Source: Chiloscyllium plagiosum (taxonomy: Eukaryota). Taken from it: DNA of 42,578 nt. Below the pieces are notes generated by a model. That model saw nothing but the letters and a program-made list of their open reading frames with translations, searched no databases and was not told the origin of the DNA. The stretch spans positions 65,867,111 through 65,909,688 of the forward strand of contig NC_057719.1 in NCBI RefSeq assembly GCF_004010195.1. The letters are read 5' to 3'. The position numbers and the translations under genes were made by a program. This document shows, one piece after another, positions 24,514-38,703 of this stretch (positions are counted from its first letter, which is position 1; each line of letters starts with the position of its first letter).

Positions 24514-26337
24514 GTGGTTTTCATGTTGCTGGAGATTTTGCTCGTTGACAGTGGTTGGCAATTTATGTCAGAAGATTTGGAAATATTTCTGTGTCACATG
24601 TGCTCTGCTATCACCATATGACCCACCATCAATTGGTGTTTCACAAAACAGCATGTAGCTTGTGAAACAGTCGAGACAAAAGCATTCCCTACTTGACAAG
24701 GTGGTGATTCACATATTTCCTCTCAATGCAGGCTAGACAATTTTCTGTTCCTTTACTGAATAGCCCCAGAACAAGTGAAGATGAGTCATAATATACCAGA
24801 TATAAATCCTGTCTTGGTTAGAGAATGCAGTGACAAAACGCCAAGGTGGTAAGGAGAAGGGTGGCATGAGGGTTCTTATAAAGAAACTAGGTATATTCAT
24901 GTAGTTAATGATGATTGGGGAGAGACTCTGTTAGTGTTACGTAGATCATTTACTTGAAAAGGAAAATCTGATTAATGGAGAGCATGATAACAACAGTGGA
25001 AATTCCTCCTGTAGCTCCAAGTGTAAAGCACAAAAAAACTCCAGTGTTTGCTGATTTCATTAACTTTATGAAAAAAATTTGTTATTTGTCATCACATGCT
25101 GATACTTTTCTTAAACACATATTGGTGTTGAAGAAATTCTTTTTTATCATTAAGTTGCTCAAGTGATATCATTAACCGGTAAAGCAAAATGAGCCATGGT
25201 CTTTAATTAATACTCTTCTATTAATGTCACAGTTTCAACCAGTAGAATCTATCGTCAGAATCGCAGTTCAGTGTTGGCATGGTCAGAGATATAGAAATGG
25301 CAGAAAATACCTGGTCAGAAAGAAGGCAGATTGGTTAATTGAAAGTATGTGGAAAAGAAAGAGGTAAAATATTGAAGTGTGAGCCTGCTTCCCATTTGTT
25401 GTTATTTATCGTTTTTTTTGGTTGAAAGAGGCAATCAAGCCAAATACAATTAAATACTGCATGTTTGAAAATGATATGCAAAACACAAGATACATACTTG
25501 TTAAATTTGAAGTAATCAAAATTTCTTAGTTGGATTTAAAGTAACCTCTCTTTGCAGAGTTAACTTCATGAAGAAATGATATTTTTATTATTTCTTGTCA
25601 TGCTGATATTACTCAAACAATATTGATCATGTATGTACTAATTGTAAACCCATTTATCATTTTTTTTTAAGTGAGTCTGAGATATATTGTAAAACTGATC
25701 ATATTGTGATACTGCTCCCTCTTGTAAGTGAGGTGTGTGACACCGTATGGCCAGTGTGGTAGACTATCCTTCAATGTAATGCTATTAATTGGCTGGATCT
25801 TCTGAAGAGCTGCAATTATTGTTGGATTGTTGCTCAAACATTCCTGAAACCCGGACACGGTTCTGCATTTTTGGGCATGTTTTGCGAGCATGGCTTTTTA
25901 GAAATACTTGGTTAGAGACAAAAAAACTGTAATCCAGTTGCTGGAATCCAAAACAGACAGGTAGGAGGCTGGAAGAACACAGCGAGCCAGGCAGCATCAG
26001 GAGGTGGAGAAGTTGATGTTTTGGATCTCTTAAAAAAACAGTTGCAGCTCTATAAGATGATGGGGGATGTGATGGCAGACTGGACATGCCATAAGGTAAA
26101 TTTAATGTCCAGTGTGATATTAGTGATTGGTTGAATGAATGAATACAGCTCTTGGATGATGTATAAGGAGTATTTGAAGGATGGCAGGTGGGTAAAAAGC
26201 TTGGGTTGGGAGGGTCAGTTGGATTGGGAGCATAGTCAGGTGGTGGTGGTGGGGGTGATTATTAGATCTGTCATAGTCCAGTGGTGGGATTGGGGGTCAT
26301 TGGTTTCATCAGAACTTAGGGCAGGGAGTTAATCAGC

Positions 26338-27347
26338 GCTGAAAATGTGTTGCTGGAAAAGCGCAGCAAGTCAGGCAGCATCCAGGGAACAGGAGAATCG
26401 ACGTTTCGGGCATAAGCCCTTCTTTAGGAATGAGGAAAGTGTGTCCAGCAGGCTAAGATAAAAGGTAGGGAGGAGGGACTGGGGGGAGGGGTGGATGAGT
26501 CCAATGACCTGCATATCCTCGGTGGAGTGGGAGGGGGAGTTGAGATGCTGTGCTACAGGTTGGTTGGGTTGGTTCGTCCGGGTGGCCCAGAGGTGCTCTC
26601 TGAATCGCTCCGCAAGTCGGCGGCCTGTCTCCCCAATATAGAGGAGGCCACACCGGCTGCAGCGGATGCAGTAGATGATGTGGGTGGAGGTGCAGGTGAA
26701 TCTGTGGCGGATATGGAAGTTTCCCTTGGGGCCTTGGAGAGAAGTGAGGGGGGAGGTGTGGGCGCAAGTGTTGCACCTCCTGCGGTTGCAAGGGAAGGTG
26801 CCGGGAGTGGTGGTTGGGTCGGTGGGGGGTGTGGATCTGACAAGGGAGTCGCGGAGGGAGTGGTCTCTACGGACAGCTGATAGGGGAGGGGAGGGAAATA
26901 TATCCTTGGTGCTGGGTCTGTTTGGAGGTGGCGGAAGTGACGGCGGATGATGCGCTGTACATGGAGATTGGTGGGGTGGTAGGTGGGGACCAGTGGGGTT
27001 CTGTCCTGGTGGCGGTTGGAGGGGCGGGGTTCAAGGGCGGAGGATCGGGAAGTGGAAGAGATGCGGTGGAGGGCATCGTCGACCACGTCAGGGGGGAAAT
27101 TGCGGTCCTTGAAGAAGGAGGCCATCTGGGTTGTACGTTTTTGGAACTGGTCCTCCTGGGAGCAGATGCGGCGGAGACGAAGGAATTGGGAGAATGGGAT
27201 GGTGTTTTTACAGGGGGCAGGGTGGGGGCCGTCATTTCCGCCACCACTAAACAGACCCCACCACCAAGGATATATTTCCCTCCCCTCCCCTATCAGCATT
27301 CCGTAAAGGCCACTCCCTCCGTGACTCCCTCGTCAGATCCACACCCC
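26338..27347 (-). mobile_element. PLE family A (Neptune-type) copy with internal deletion and inverted 5' segment
   Basis: FSQFLRLRRICS, PCNRRRCNTC, IIYCIRCSRCGLLYIGETGRRLAERFREH (GIY-YIG); pLTR at 26338-26480. Confidence 0.92.
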
Positions 27348-27724
27348 GATGGCTGCGATGGCAGTCCTGGGGGTTGTGAGGGGTAGTTGGGTCAGCAAAG
27401 TTAGTTTGAGGCACTGGAGTTGAGTTGCGGATAGTCTGTGGGGTGGGCTGTTGATGGGTCATGCTGATTAATTGAGAAATTCAGTTCTGTAGTTACCCAG
27501 ATAAACCAGAATGTTTCATTTTTAACACTTCGTGACTGACTGTTCAGCTAAGGACATCAAAATTCTCCCACTTCTCTGATTCTGATGCTAACTCGGAATC
27601 AGAGACTGTTACAAATGGCTCCAGAGCAAGGAAAGTACGTGCTGGAGGTTCAAAAATCCTCAGCAATTCCCACAGAGGGCGCTGTGTCATGACCTTGCAA
27701 GGTCCTAATGCGCATCTACCTTTA

Positions 27725-28150
27725 CAGTAATGAGACTGTGAGGCATGGAAAACAGCTGAATTGCTTCCACCTCTGCTACCTCAGGTGAAGATTGGGATCT
27801 CCTAACAAGGCAGTGTGCAGACATTTCAGTAACATACGTTACATCAAGCCTGCTGTCAGCATGAGACGCTGGTTCACTCATGTCGCTTTTAGAAGGATGT
27901 CTGCAAGTGAAAATTCAAGTTGACTGGAAATGGTGGTAATGAAGGGAAATCCTTGCTACAGATTGGATGGAGAGAAGCAGTTAGGAAGGGTGTGTAAAAA
28001 GCAGAGGACAAAAGAAATGACCATATGGCAAAAATGAGAGCGCCCAGGAAGGAGAAAACATAGCAGTCAATCTCAAGCTAATGTTCTTCATCTGTGCCAC
28101 CTGCAAAGGGAACTGCCGCTTCTAAAACAGATTCTAAAACCACACATGAT
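27725..28150 (+). mobile_element. Decayed RTE (BovB-like) LINE 3' fragment
   Basis: KQLNCFHLCYLR, RWFTHV and C-terminal FICATCKGNC. Confidence 0.6.
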
Positions 28151-28424
28151 GTTCAGTCCAGAAATGGTCTATGTTCTTTGCAACTTATGCAAACTGATGG
28201 TTTATAAGGTTGTAACATTAGCAAAATGTTATTAATTGTTAACTTAAGATCAAAAGGCCAAAAGAGTTGACTTACAACATGCTAATTACTTTGTACATTA
28301 TTAAACTTCTCAAAAACATGCCAAATCTATCATCTGTTATAATTTGCTTTGTTCCAGATGCCAATGGGAATTGATTACAGTATCACACACATTCTATCAT
28401 ACAAATAAGCAAAAAATTTGTGTA

Positions 28425-28780
28425 AAGGAATTTGCATTTATATAATGTGTATCACATCCTCATGTTGTCCCAAATTGTTTCACAACACTGGATTACCTAA
28501 AAAGCTCCATCTCTGTGTTTAGATTGGTAAATGTGACAGGAGCTTATGCACAAGGTCCCTTTTAAAAATAAATGCATAACCAGGCAGTCTATCTTTGGTA
28601 ATGATGGTTGAGGAAGGAATATTGGCCATGACATATGGGAAAGCTCCCTGCCTCTCCTTAAGTAGTCCCATTCAATCTTTTGCCTTGAAGTACTGCCAGC
28701 CAAGCGGCCTTTGATTTCAGGTACCAGTCAAAGGACAATCCTTGATAACCCTTGATTATGCTGCACTCACCAATTTTAAG
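28425..28780 (-). mobile_element. Degenerate Deu-domain SINE
   Basis: ttgcatttatata tail and ggttgaggaaggaatattggcca, the reverse complement of the Deu core. Confidence 0.6.
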
Positions 28781-31700
28781 GAACTTTTCCTGGAAATCTG
28801 AGGCAGAAATAAACAACAGGTAATGAAGTGTCACTGGACTCAAAACATTAACACTCCTTTCATCCCACAGATGCCACCAGACTGTGTTTCTCCAGCAATT
28901 TTTGTTTTTGTTTCAAACCTCCAGCATTCACAGTTCTTTGTTTTATTATAACAGATAAAGAGTACTTTGTGTATTATGATACATAATGTGGCTCAGATAA
29001 TTAAGTTATATTGGCCTCAAACGGTAGTGTTTTGATCCTACTTGCTAGTATCGTAATTTTTTTCCAATCTATTTTCTCAATTGCTTAGAATTCACTGCTA
29101 AGTTGGGACATTCATTTATTACATTAAAAAAATGCAGGACCAGTTTGCACATCTTTTACATCAGTCTTACTGCATCATTGGTTCTCTCCTTGTCCCTTTG
29201 CTTGCTTTCCTTCCAAATTCTCCTCAGTGATCATTCTGTTCCTGCTCAATCAATCTACTCAGCTTGAAATCCCATGTTTGTTCTTTACCTCTGGCTACTG
29301 AGTTGTAAATGTAATTAGGCAGTTCTGATATTCCTTGATTTTATATGTGACTTTTAGATCTTAAGTAAATGCACACTGCGCATGATAAATGAAGAGATTT
29401 ACAGGATATGTGGCACCGTGTCTTTAGGGTGACTACTGCATGTTGTTATTTCCTGGGTAAGCATTTGCTTTCTGGTTGACAGATTTTAACTGTATAAGTA
29501 CAGCCTGTGCTCAGACACCATGTATGGAATAGTCTCTTGGTCACAGCAAGAGTCGATACTAGAGTAGTTCATCACCAATTATGATTATTTTAAAATATCA
29601 GTGATTTGTGGTGCATGAAAGTTTGAAGAACTACAAATAAAACTGCGTGTAGTCTCTAATGCTTCACAAAGAATAATTGTCTGCAAAACCATATGGAAGA
29701 TTTGAATTTCTGCAGTGTTCTTTGTACAGTGTTTCAATACACTTTCTGGGAGCTAAGAGCAGGGTCAAAGAGAAGGCTGTTGAAAGTGTCTGGATATCAA
29801 GGCAGATAGAATCTTATAACACAAAAAAGTAAACTACACAGCCTATAATGCTTGAGTGGTCTTTTTGAAAAATTGTCCAATTTAATACCTCACCCCAAGA
29901 TTTTTTCCCACAACCATACAAATTAATCCTATTCCAAATATATTTCTAGTTGCCTTTTGAAAGTACCTATGGAATATGATTCCATCACCTTTTCAGGTAG
30001 GGTGTTTCAGATCTTAACAGTCTTCTCAACGAAAACATTTATTCTTATTTTCCCTCTATTACAAATTATTCTAGACCTATAGACTTTGATTCCCCAGTCC
30101 ACTTCAGGAGTTTACAAAGGGCAAGGGCATTGTAGCAAAAGGAATGAAAAGTAATTTATGTCACAGAGCTGCCATGTAGACATGAATGACTAACATGGGT
30201 AACAGAGACAGGCAAGGTAATGGAATGATTTGAATACAAAGGACAGGAATCTCATTGGTTCTTTGAAATATGGAAAGTGAGTGATTTGGATGTGGGTCTT
30301 TTGGCAGCATTAGGGAGAGAGAGAGAGAAAGGTAGCAACTAGCATTGTTTTGCAAGAAAATATTTTATAGAATACCAGCTATAAGCATTCAGCATCATTC
30401 AAGTGCTGCATAAAGCTTGCACAGGAAAAGAATCAGTCCCAACATGATGATGCTAATGTGTGAAAATTATCTTTCTATTTTCTATGCTATTGCATTGCTG
30501 TAACGATTTCTTTCCTGTTACTTTGACAATTGAAGGATTTTAATCCTTTTAAAATATCCAAAATCCTGAGATTTCTCCATCTTCCCCCTTCTCTTTTATT
30601 TTCCATTCCTTCTTGAAGCTAATGACTTAGGTTATGTTGTAGTTCAGTACATGTCCACATCCTTCTGGAAGTGTAGATTACTGATCATTCTCCATACATA
30701 AACCTGGACAATAATTTCAGGAGCATACTTGAAAATAGAACATTTCCATGTCTGAAAGATGGCTCACTGCAGTCAACTGGAAGAGGTTACTCTGGCCAAT
30801 TTCATTTCCTTGTGTTTTCTCAGCATTGCTGTGGTTAAGATCAGTTGTTGCAACACAGAGCAGAGAAAAGCAGAGGTATTCCTGTTATGTGGAACTCAAT
30901 GCTGTCCACACAGCACACTTGCCACTGAGCTATTGATTAGATATGCTTTGTAATTTTTTTTAAGCCATATCCAGTTTCAGTATGTCAGTGTTTTTCATTG
31001 AGCCAAAAATGCAGTAATGTTCAGTTTCCTTTTCTGAAGTTCATTGAATTTAAATTATCTTATTCATTGATGCAATGATTTGTTTTAAAGAACTTTTAGA
31101 AACAGTAAGCAAATCTGACTCTTCTCTCTCACTGCAATGGGCAGTTCTGATATCCCTCAATTTTATATGCGCATTTTGGTATTTCATTTCAGGATAAGGT
31201 ACAGGAAGGACTGTGGAACTGTAGTGGGCAATTTTGAGGGAGTAGAATAGAATCACATTAACTATTAGAACAGACTCAAGCAAAATCAGCAAGGAAAGGG
31301 AAAGTTGTATAAACCAAGCTGAATTTGTAGTTTATGAATATTTTGTTGTTTTTTTTATTCACTGATATGCATGCAGCAACACACATTTCAGTTTCACCTA
31401 GAACTACTGCTTTTCAAACAGTACATTCCACTATATCTTGGTACATGTGACAATAATAAATCAATTCCAATCTTCTACCTTCCATCATGAATAATAACAA
31501 ATTGCAGTTTTACAAAAGTATTATTGTGTTTTAAAAGGATGGCAACGTTGACTTTTATAGGCTGATTATTTCTGAAGACAAGCTTTTTTCACTTACATGT
31601 AAAATTTTAAGAACAGTAAGACACTCCTGAAATATTCTAGACTTTTTATGTCCACACTGTAACATGCTGTGTTGTAATAACAGAGAATAGGTACTTCTAA

Positions 31701-34539
31701 GAGAGGCTCTCCATACTAAACTAGGTTTTATAACTTGAAAAGTTGTGATAATTATTTTGTAATGGGGTGGTCAAATAAGCACAGAATTTTGTTAATTACC
31801 TAATATGCTTAGTTATAATGGTTACTTTATAGATTAATTTAAATGTGCAACAGTGTTGCACTAAATGTATACCTTTTGACTTAAATTAATTTTGCCTCAA
31901 AAATCTTTTCCAAGCAGTTGACAGTACACTTGTGTGTCTTCTACTTATTTGTCAGAATACAAAATAGTGCAAGATATTAAATAGCAAGAGTTTACTGTGT
32001 ATTGGCAAAGCAGGGCTGGTAATGCAAATATTTTAAAATACTAACATGCTGGTTAAAAACACCATTATACAGCAAAAAGGTGTGCTAAGAATGACATCCT
32101 TGCAAGTTTCTTTTATAAAATACACAACAATTTGTATAACAACGAACCTACTTACAAAATAGCAGTATACCTTCATACAGCATCTTCGCCGATCAGCTTT
32201 CTTCAACATGAAATGCAGATTCAATAACAGAGTCGGAAGATAGAGGCTAAGCACAGGGGTGTAGTGGTATACCATCTGTTATCCTTTCTGCACCTCCCAA
32301 ATATGAAATCCATATATTAGCAGATTCCTTTTACAGATGATTTCCTTCTTTGTAAACTCTTAGCTCCTTTTCTTTCATTTTTTTATTCACAATGTCGGTT
32401 CAGACTATTCCTTCAGATCCTGCATTGGATAACAACCTTGGCAGCTAGAAAATGAAAAGCTGTCACTTGTGTTTACACTACAAGGCCAGATCAACTGTCC
32501 TGAAACAATTCCAAGGTTCATGATTACCTTTTTAAAAATCACCTATAACAGCAGCTCGCTTGCTCCGCTTTCCAGTCCCTATTTGCTCTGTTGGTTACCA
32601 TTGTCTTTAGCAATTAGAGTCTGCTGCTCATCAGCACACCGCAGGGCTCTGTTGGAAGTTTACAGCTTTGCATTTTCAGTTTGAAGAGACAGAACAGAAT
32701 GGAGATGCATGTGCACTGTGTTCACTGTTGCAGCTTCCATTAAGTACATTTGTATAACATTAGTCATGTGAAAGATGAGAAAAAGTCTTAAAAGGGCAAG
32801 ATGTTTCTCAGTCTTGATGTGCTGAAAATGGCATCAAGACCCTGCTGATAGTTCAGGCAATGATGGATGCTTTCATACATAATAAACCAATTAATTGCTT
32901 TGTCTGAAAGATAGCAATGTCTGCTAATCAGCAAAGCAACGAATATTATAGGTACAGATTTTTTCCCCTTTGTTTGCACTCGATCGTAAAGAATTAATTT
33001 AAATTGTATTTGGCAGACCTGACATTCTATAATTTTAAATTTTTATTATAATATTATGACGCTTTAGAGTGTTTCTGCTTCAGTTTTTAGAATTGAATCA
33101 TTATGATTGTGACCATTAGATTATACAAATTTTTGACTGTTATTAAATTCAGATACTAAGTGAAAATAATCATTTAGGAATGGGACAAGGATTTGTCTCT
33201 CTCTCTCCGACTTGTCCTGTCTCAGCTAGACGAGCTGCAGCCAGTGCTAAGATGGCTGATTTGAGTCAAGAGTGTAAGGGATGCTTTTCAAAGAAACTAA
33301 AACAGAAGTTAAATTTTAAAATATCTAGTCTTTTCCTTTTGCGTAGAGCTGTGGAGACATATAGCTTAGATTCATTTAGGTGCTGTTACCTGATCATACA
33401 GTGCATTAGTACTCAACCACGTGTTATGATAGTCAGAATCACTTCCATGCTTGAGATTCAAATATATTGACTTCTTGCTTTTACACTATTAGAATGCACT
33501 TAATGGGAGAAGGATAAGTAAGTGTACTTCTATTGGTTGCATCCTGAGTTAATTGACTCCATATTTTAAGAAGCCTTATTTCTGTAAATCTAAACTTGCA
33601 GTTGTGCACAGAAACTAATTTCAAGGCATTAAATGTGAGCACCTGTCCCTGTTGATGTTATGCCACTGCTGAGCAGACAGCTGTAAATTTGGAAGGGGGA
33701 AGCGTGATATCCAGAGGTTGCTGTACTTAAACAAAAGGCATACAGCTGAGCAATATTGTGTATTTTTAATTCCCTATGCCATTTCAATTCTAAACACTGC
33801 CTTCAGCTCTGTTCTAGTGAAGCTCAACAGGAGATAGACAAATAGTGTCTTGTATTTCAGCTCAACACTTTACAGTCATTTGGACTTAGCATTGCTTTCA
33901 ATAACTTCAATCTGTAACTAATGTCATATCATTGGACAGCACATTCAGCCAATAATTCGGAATTTTACATACAGTCTTCTGACCTTTTTGCTTCTTTATC
34001 TTTCTTGTTTCCACTTCCCTTTGTCTTGCACCACTAACCAGTTTGCTACTTAGTCATTTCTGCCTTCCAACCTGTGGCATACATTCCTTTTAATTCTCTT
34101 TCTCCCCCCATTTCCTTTCTCTGTGTTTGTGCTTGTTTAAAAAATTGTACACTTCTTAACTTTGTCCAGTTTTCATGAAAGCTCATTCACCTGAAATGTT
34201 AAGTTTGTTTCTCTGAGTACAATGTGCTGCCTGATCTGCTGAGCATTTACTGTTATCATTTCAAACTTGATGCATCTAAAATATTTTGCTTTAGTGGAAT
34301 AATGCTTTAAGTTAGAGCTATCTGGGAGGTCAAGTCGATTCTTTAGAGAGAGCTTAGGGAAATTTAGTAGGAAATTTGGTGTGCATTACACATCACAATG
34401 AGGAATCTTAGAAGCTATGCCTGTAAATGACTTAACAACTCTATTGAATAGTGTGGTAGAATAATATTCAAAACAATTGCAGTCAATGTTCACTATAAAT
34501 ATTCAGTTTCCAGTTGGAGAAAAGCACGAGAAAATAAGG

Positions 34540-35185
34540 TTGTGAAGGTTAGTGGGCCAAAGACTCAATTTATAGACTGTCGGTTTGAGCCTAAGGAAGA
34601 GGATCAGAGAGTTAGGGGTGAAGACTTGAAGAAACTGAGTAGCTTCAAATACCTGAGGTTATTGTTGACAGAAGATTGAAGTATGACAATGGAAATTAAG
34701 CACTTTATTAGCTCAGATTGGAATAATTGGAAGAAATGAAATGGAGTATTATATTTTAGAAAATTCTGACTGAATTCAAAAGTAATAATCTATAAGACTG
34801 GTCTTGTTGAACTGAATTGAAAGTGGAGCAATGTCAAGAAGAGAGGAATAATGATTACATACTATTAGGATGCATGTACTGAGATGGATATGTGGAATAA
34901 TGAGAAAGGACAAAATCAGAAACTGGTGCATCAGGGGGTCAGTCAAGATTGTGGGAGTATTGAAGGGAAGTGCCTGAGAAGAGATTGAAGTGGTATAGTC
35001 CCCTATTGTGTGGTGAGTACTGGAGAGGGGTCTGGTAGGATAAAGAAGAAAAGGAAAGATGCTGGTAAGTGTACACATCATGGGATTGGGAAAGGACTGG
35101 GTGACTGACAGGAGGAAATGAAGAAGGGTGACCAACCAGCATTGTGGCAGCCCCAAGTGAAATGAGAAGAAATTATAAGAAAAAG
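34540..35185 (+). mobile_element. Decayed RTE-clade LINE 3' fragment
   Basis: SFKYL, WNNWKK, LRWICGIMRKDKIRN, RLKWY motifs; GAA-rich tail. Confidence 0.7.
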
Positions 35186-35799
35186 GAAGATTCGCTTTTG
35201 AACTAACATTTGCAAAGTAGAAAAAGTGTGATTTTCTACAATAGATTAATATTTTATTATTATTTATTATTTAAGTTTTTGCTACTGTCTTTTTCCACAT
35301 CACTTGTTTTTCAGTATTTGCAGCTGGCTTTCTAGAAACCTTTTAGATTCAGTGTATTTGGAGCAGCGTCTGGTTGATGGCATATGACATAGATAGCTAC
35401 TTCAGCTTCCAGCAGTAAAGTGCCAGGAAGGTTTAATATCAAACTGAGTACTAGAAAGAGATTTCGGATTTGGCAGAGTTCATTTTTGATTTTAATGCCG
35501 TTATACCTCTGGCTGTGGAAAAGTGTTCTGCTTAGTGTACTAGATAGTAGAAATCATACACACCTTTCCTGTCCTCCCACAGGCAGTTCACATCCGTCCT
35601 CAGTGATTTTCTTTCTTTACCCATTATGGAATGGAGCAATTGAAAAATGTGTGGACAGACCTTCAAAATAAATTATCCATCTGTGAAAGGGCGCAAATGG
35701 GCAAAAAGATTTGTGCTGTGACCTGTGTTATGGTGAATTGAATAGCTAGGACTGTTGAGAGGGCTTTCAACTAATTAAATGGGCGAGGGCTTGGGAGTG

Positions 35800-36175
35800 A
35801 GTACATGATCTGATAGAAGTTTATAAAATTAATGAGAGGTATAGATAGAGTTAAAGGCAGTTGTCCTTTTCCTATGTTGGGGGACTTCGAAACTAGGGGG
35901 CACATTTTTAAAGTGAGAAGAGAGAGATTTAAAAAAGACATTGGAGGCAATTTTTTTTACACAGAGGTTAGTTCACGTGTGGAGTGAACTTCCTCAGAAA
36001 GTGGTGGATGCAGGAACAATTACAATGTTTAAAAGACATTTGGATAGGTACATGAATAGAAAGGTCTGGAGGGATACTGGCCAGGACAGGCAGATGGGGA
36101 CTAGTTTAGTTTGGGATTACAATCAACATGGACTGGTTGGACCAAAGGGTCTGTTTCTGTGCTGTATGATTCTAT
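35800..36175 (+). mobile_element. CR1 3' fragment
   Basis: FFTQRLVHVWSELP...FKRHLDRYMN plus tail. Confidence 0.88.
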
Positions 36176-36176
36176 G

Positions 36177-36279
36177 TTGTTAAAAATCACACAACATCAA
36201 GTTATAGTCCTATAAGTAATCTGGTGTTGTGTGATTTTTAACTTTGTCCACCCAAGTCCAACGTTGGCTCCTTCACATC
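36177..36279 (+). mobile_element. PLE family B mini-hairpin insertion
   Basis: gttaaaaatcacacaaca / tgttgtgtgatttttaac; approximate TSD ATGA..CTATGT. Confidence 0.72.
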
Positions 36280-36439
36280 ATGACGCTATGTAGGCCACAA
36301 AGCAAAAGAATGTGTTGACATTGCAGGGCAGTTATCTTGCTAATGATGCCCAGAGTTGGACTGAAAGGGGCAGACTGTCCTGGTATAAGAAAACAGCAAA
36401 AATAGGGTCATAAGGCTGTAGGGGGAATTGAGCAAGACT

Positions 36440-38440
36440 TAAAAGCCAACAAAAGATTACTCAAAATGTCAAGGTGGAAATAAACTAAACAAGGGTAAAC
36501 TGAAAGAGTAATGAAGGGACTGTAAGAGCTTCTTTAAATAAACAAAATGGAAAACAGACTAAAATGAACATAGGCCCCTCGGAGAACATTCGGGAAATGA
36601 AGTTGGGTAAATAATTATGGGAACCAGAAAATGGCAGAGCAGTTGAATAAATACTTTGCATCAGTTTTCATGGAATTACAAAAATACAAAATTAAGGAGC
36701 ACAGTTGTGGCAGGTTGTGGGAGGTAGGGGTTGAGGTGGAAGGTGTGTGAAGAAAAAGTACACGGGAAACTAATGGAGCTAAAAGCTGATAAGTCCGCTG
36801 AAACTGATGGGTTGCATCCCAGGATTTTAAAAGAGGTGGCTGCAGAGAAAGTAGATATATTGGTAGTAATGATCTAAGAATTTTTAGATTCTGGAAATGT
36901 CCCGGAGGATTGGAAAACTACAAATGTATCCCCTTTATTCAGAAAAGAAAGGAGACAATAAAAGTAATCTAGCATCTGTCATTGGGAAAATGTTAGCATC
37001 TACTGTAAATGTTGTAATATCAGAGCATTTAGAAATGCATAATATAATCAAGTAGAGTCAACATGGCTACATGAATAAGGAATCGTGCCTGACAAATTTA
37101 TTACAGTTCTTTGAAGAGGTCACTGCAATGATTGTAATGAGGTCAATCAGTTGGATCTCATGGAATATGAGCTTCTTGATTGGGCCTGTTAATCTGGCAG
37201 TACTATAATCAAGAGTGTTCATGTGTAAATAAATCTGTTGCACAAATACCAGTCTCTGTAGAGTTATTTCAGCGACAAGCAGGATAGATAAAGGGGAACA
37301 CATACACTTAATATATTTTCATTTCCAAAAAGGATTTGATTCAGCTATTACACATAAGTCAAATTAATAAGATAAGATACTGTTGGGAGGTAGTTTATTA
37401 GCATGGATGAAAAATTGGTTAACGAGCAAAAAAGGGAGAGTTGGGATAGAAGGGATATTTTTAGGATGAAAACCTTAAGTAATGGAGTGCCAGAGGGATC
37501 AGTATTGGCCCCACAATTATTTACAATATATATTAAAGATTTGGATGAGGGACATAATTGAACTATTGCTGAGTTTGCAACTTACACAGAAATAGGTGGT
37601 AAGGCAAGCAATGAGAATGACTCTCGATCTGCAGACGGACATACGTAGATTGAGTGAGTAGTCGAAAACTTGACAGTTGGGATATAGTATGGGATAATGT
37701 GACAGTTTGTACTTTGGCAGGAAGATGAGCTGAGTTTTATTTAAATGGAGAAGGCCTACAGAAAATTGCAGCACAAGAGGGATGTGGGATTTATGTGCCT
37801 AAAGCACAAAACTCTAGCATCAAAGTTCAGCAGGAAGGAAAAGGAACTCTTGGCATTTATATCAATTAAAATAGAGTATACAAATAGGGAGGTCCAGCTG
37901 AATCTGTACAAGACACTCATTGGACCACATTTGGAAGACTGTGAACAGTTATGGTGTCTTTAACTAAGCAAAGATATCCTGGCATTGGGAACAGTCCAGT
38001 TAAAGGTCTCTAGGCTGATTCTGGGTATGGAGCGATTGTTTTATAAAGAGAGAGGTTGAGGAGGTTTGTACTCATTGGAGTTTAGAAGAATGTGAGGTTA
38101 CGCTATGGAAACAGTTAAAACTCTAAGGGGTCTTGACAGAGTGATGTGGCAAGGTTAGTTTCCACTTATGGGAGAGACCAGGTCTAGAGAGCAAAATCAC
38201 AAAGAAAGTGGTTCGCTAATTCAGTCAGAGATGCGGATCTCTGAGAATAATGAATCTGTGGAATTCTTTATCCCTTTGTGCTGTTGAAGTTAGCTTATTA
38301 AGTATATTCAAGGGTGAGTTTGGAAAGATGTTTAATCAGTAAAGGAATCAAGGGTTATGGGGCTAAGGCAGGAAACTGGAGTCAAGGATTATCAGGCAGA
38401 GCAGACTCAGTAAGCAGAATGGCTGACCTGTCCTACATCT
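36440..38440 (+). mobile_element. Older CR1 ORF2, heavily decayed
   Basis: NKYFASVF, DGLHPRILKE, VPEDWK, SCLTNLL.FFEE, GVPEGSVL, LYKTLIGPHLE. Confidence 0.88.
37124..37271 (+). mobile_element. Deleted solo LTR inside CR1
   Basis: TGCAATGATTG...GAGTTATTTCA; related to 13320-13540. Confidence 0.7.
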
Positions 38441-38647
38441 TCTGGTTTGCATGTTCTGGTTTTATTTTACAAATAAATAAAGCATACCTATAAAGCCCTG
38501 TGTAGTGGTTAGAAGCAGGTGGACTTATTTGATTGAGATCCTTAATTGGGATTTTTTACCTCGGCCAATCAGGAAAGCCTTGGCAGACCAATATAACCGG
38601 GGAGGAACTGGAGATTTACGTCAAAGAAAAAAAAAGAAACAGGAGTG

Positions 38648-38703
38648 ACCTACGGCCATACTAGTCTGAAAAAAAAACCGCCAGCTCTCGTCTGATCTCG
38701 GGA
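38648..38703 (+). pseudogene. 5S rRNA 5' fragment (about nt 1-50)
   Basis: CCTACGGCCATACTAGTCTGAA...CGCC..CTCTCGTCTGATCTCGG matches the recalled vertebrate 5S 5' half; stops before box A. Confidence 0.8.

Noticed and set aside
26491..27386. Plus-strand Gly/Val-rich ORFs
   Set aside because: Antisense shadows of the PLE ORF.
31170..31260. Acceptor-like ttcatttcag as AVEN exon 3
   Set aside because: The downstream translation does not resemble the expected DSFSQFRF sequence.
32628..32652. REST/RE1 site (TCAGCAC...)
   Set aside because: Only the left half-site matches; the right half GGACAG is absent.
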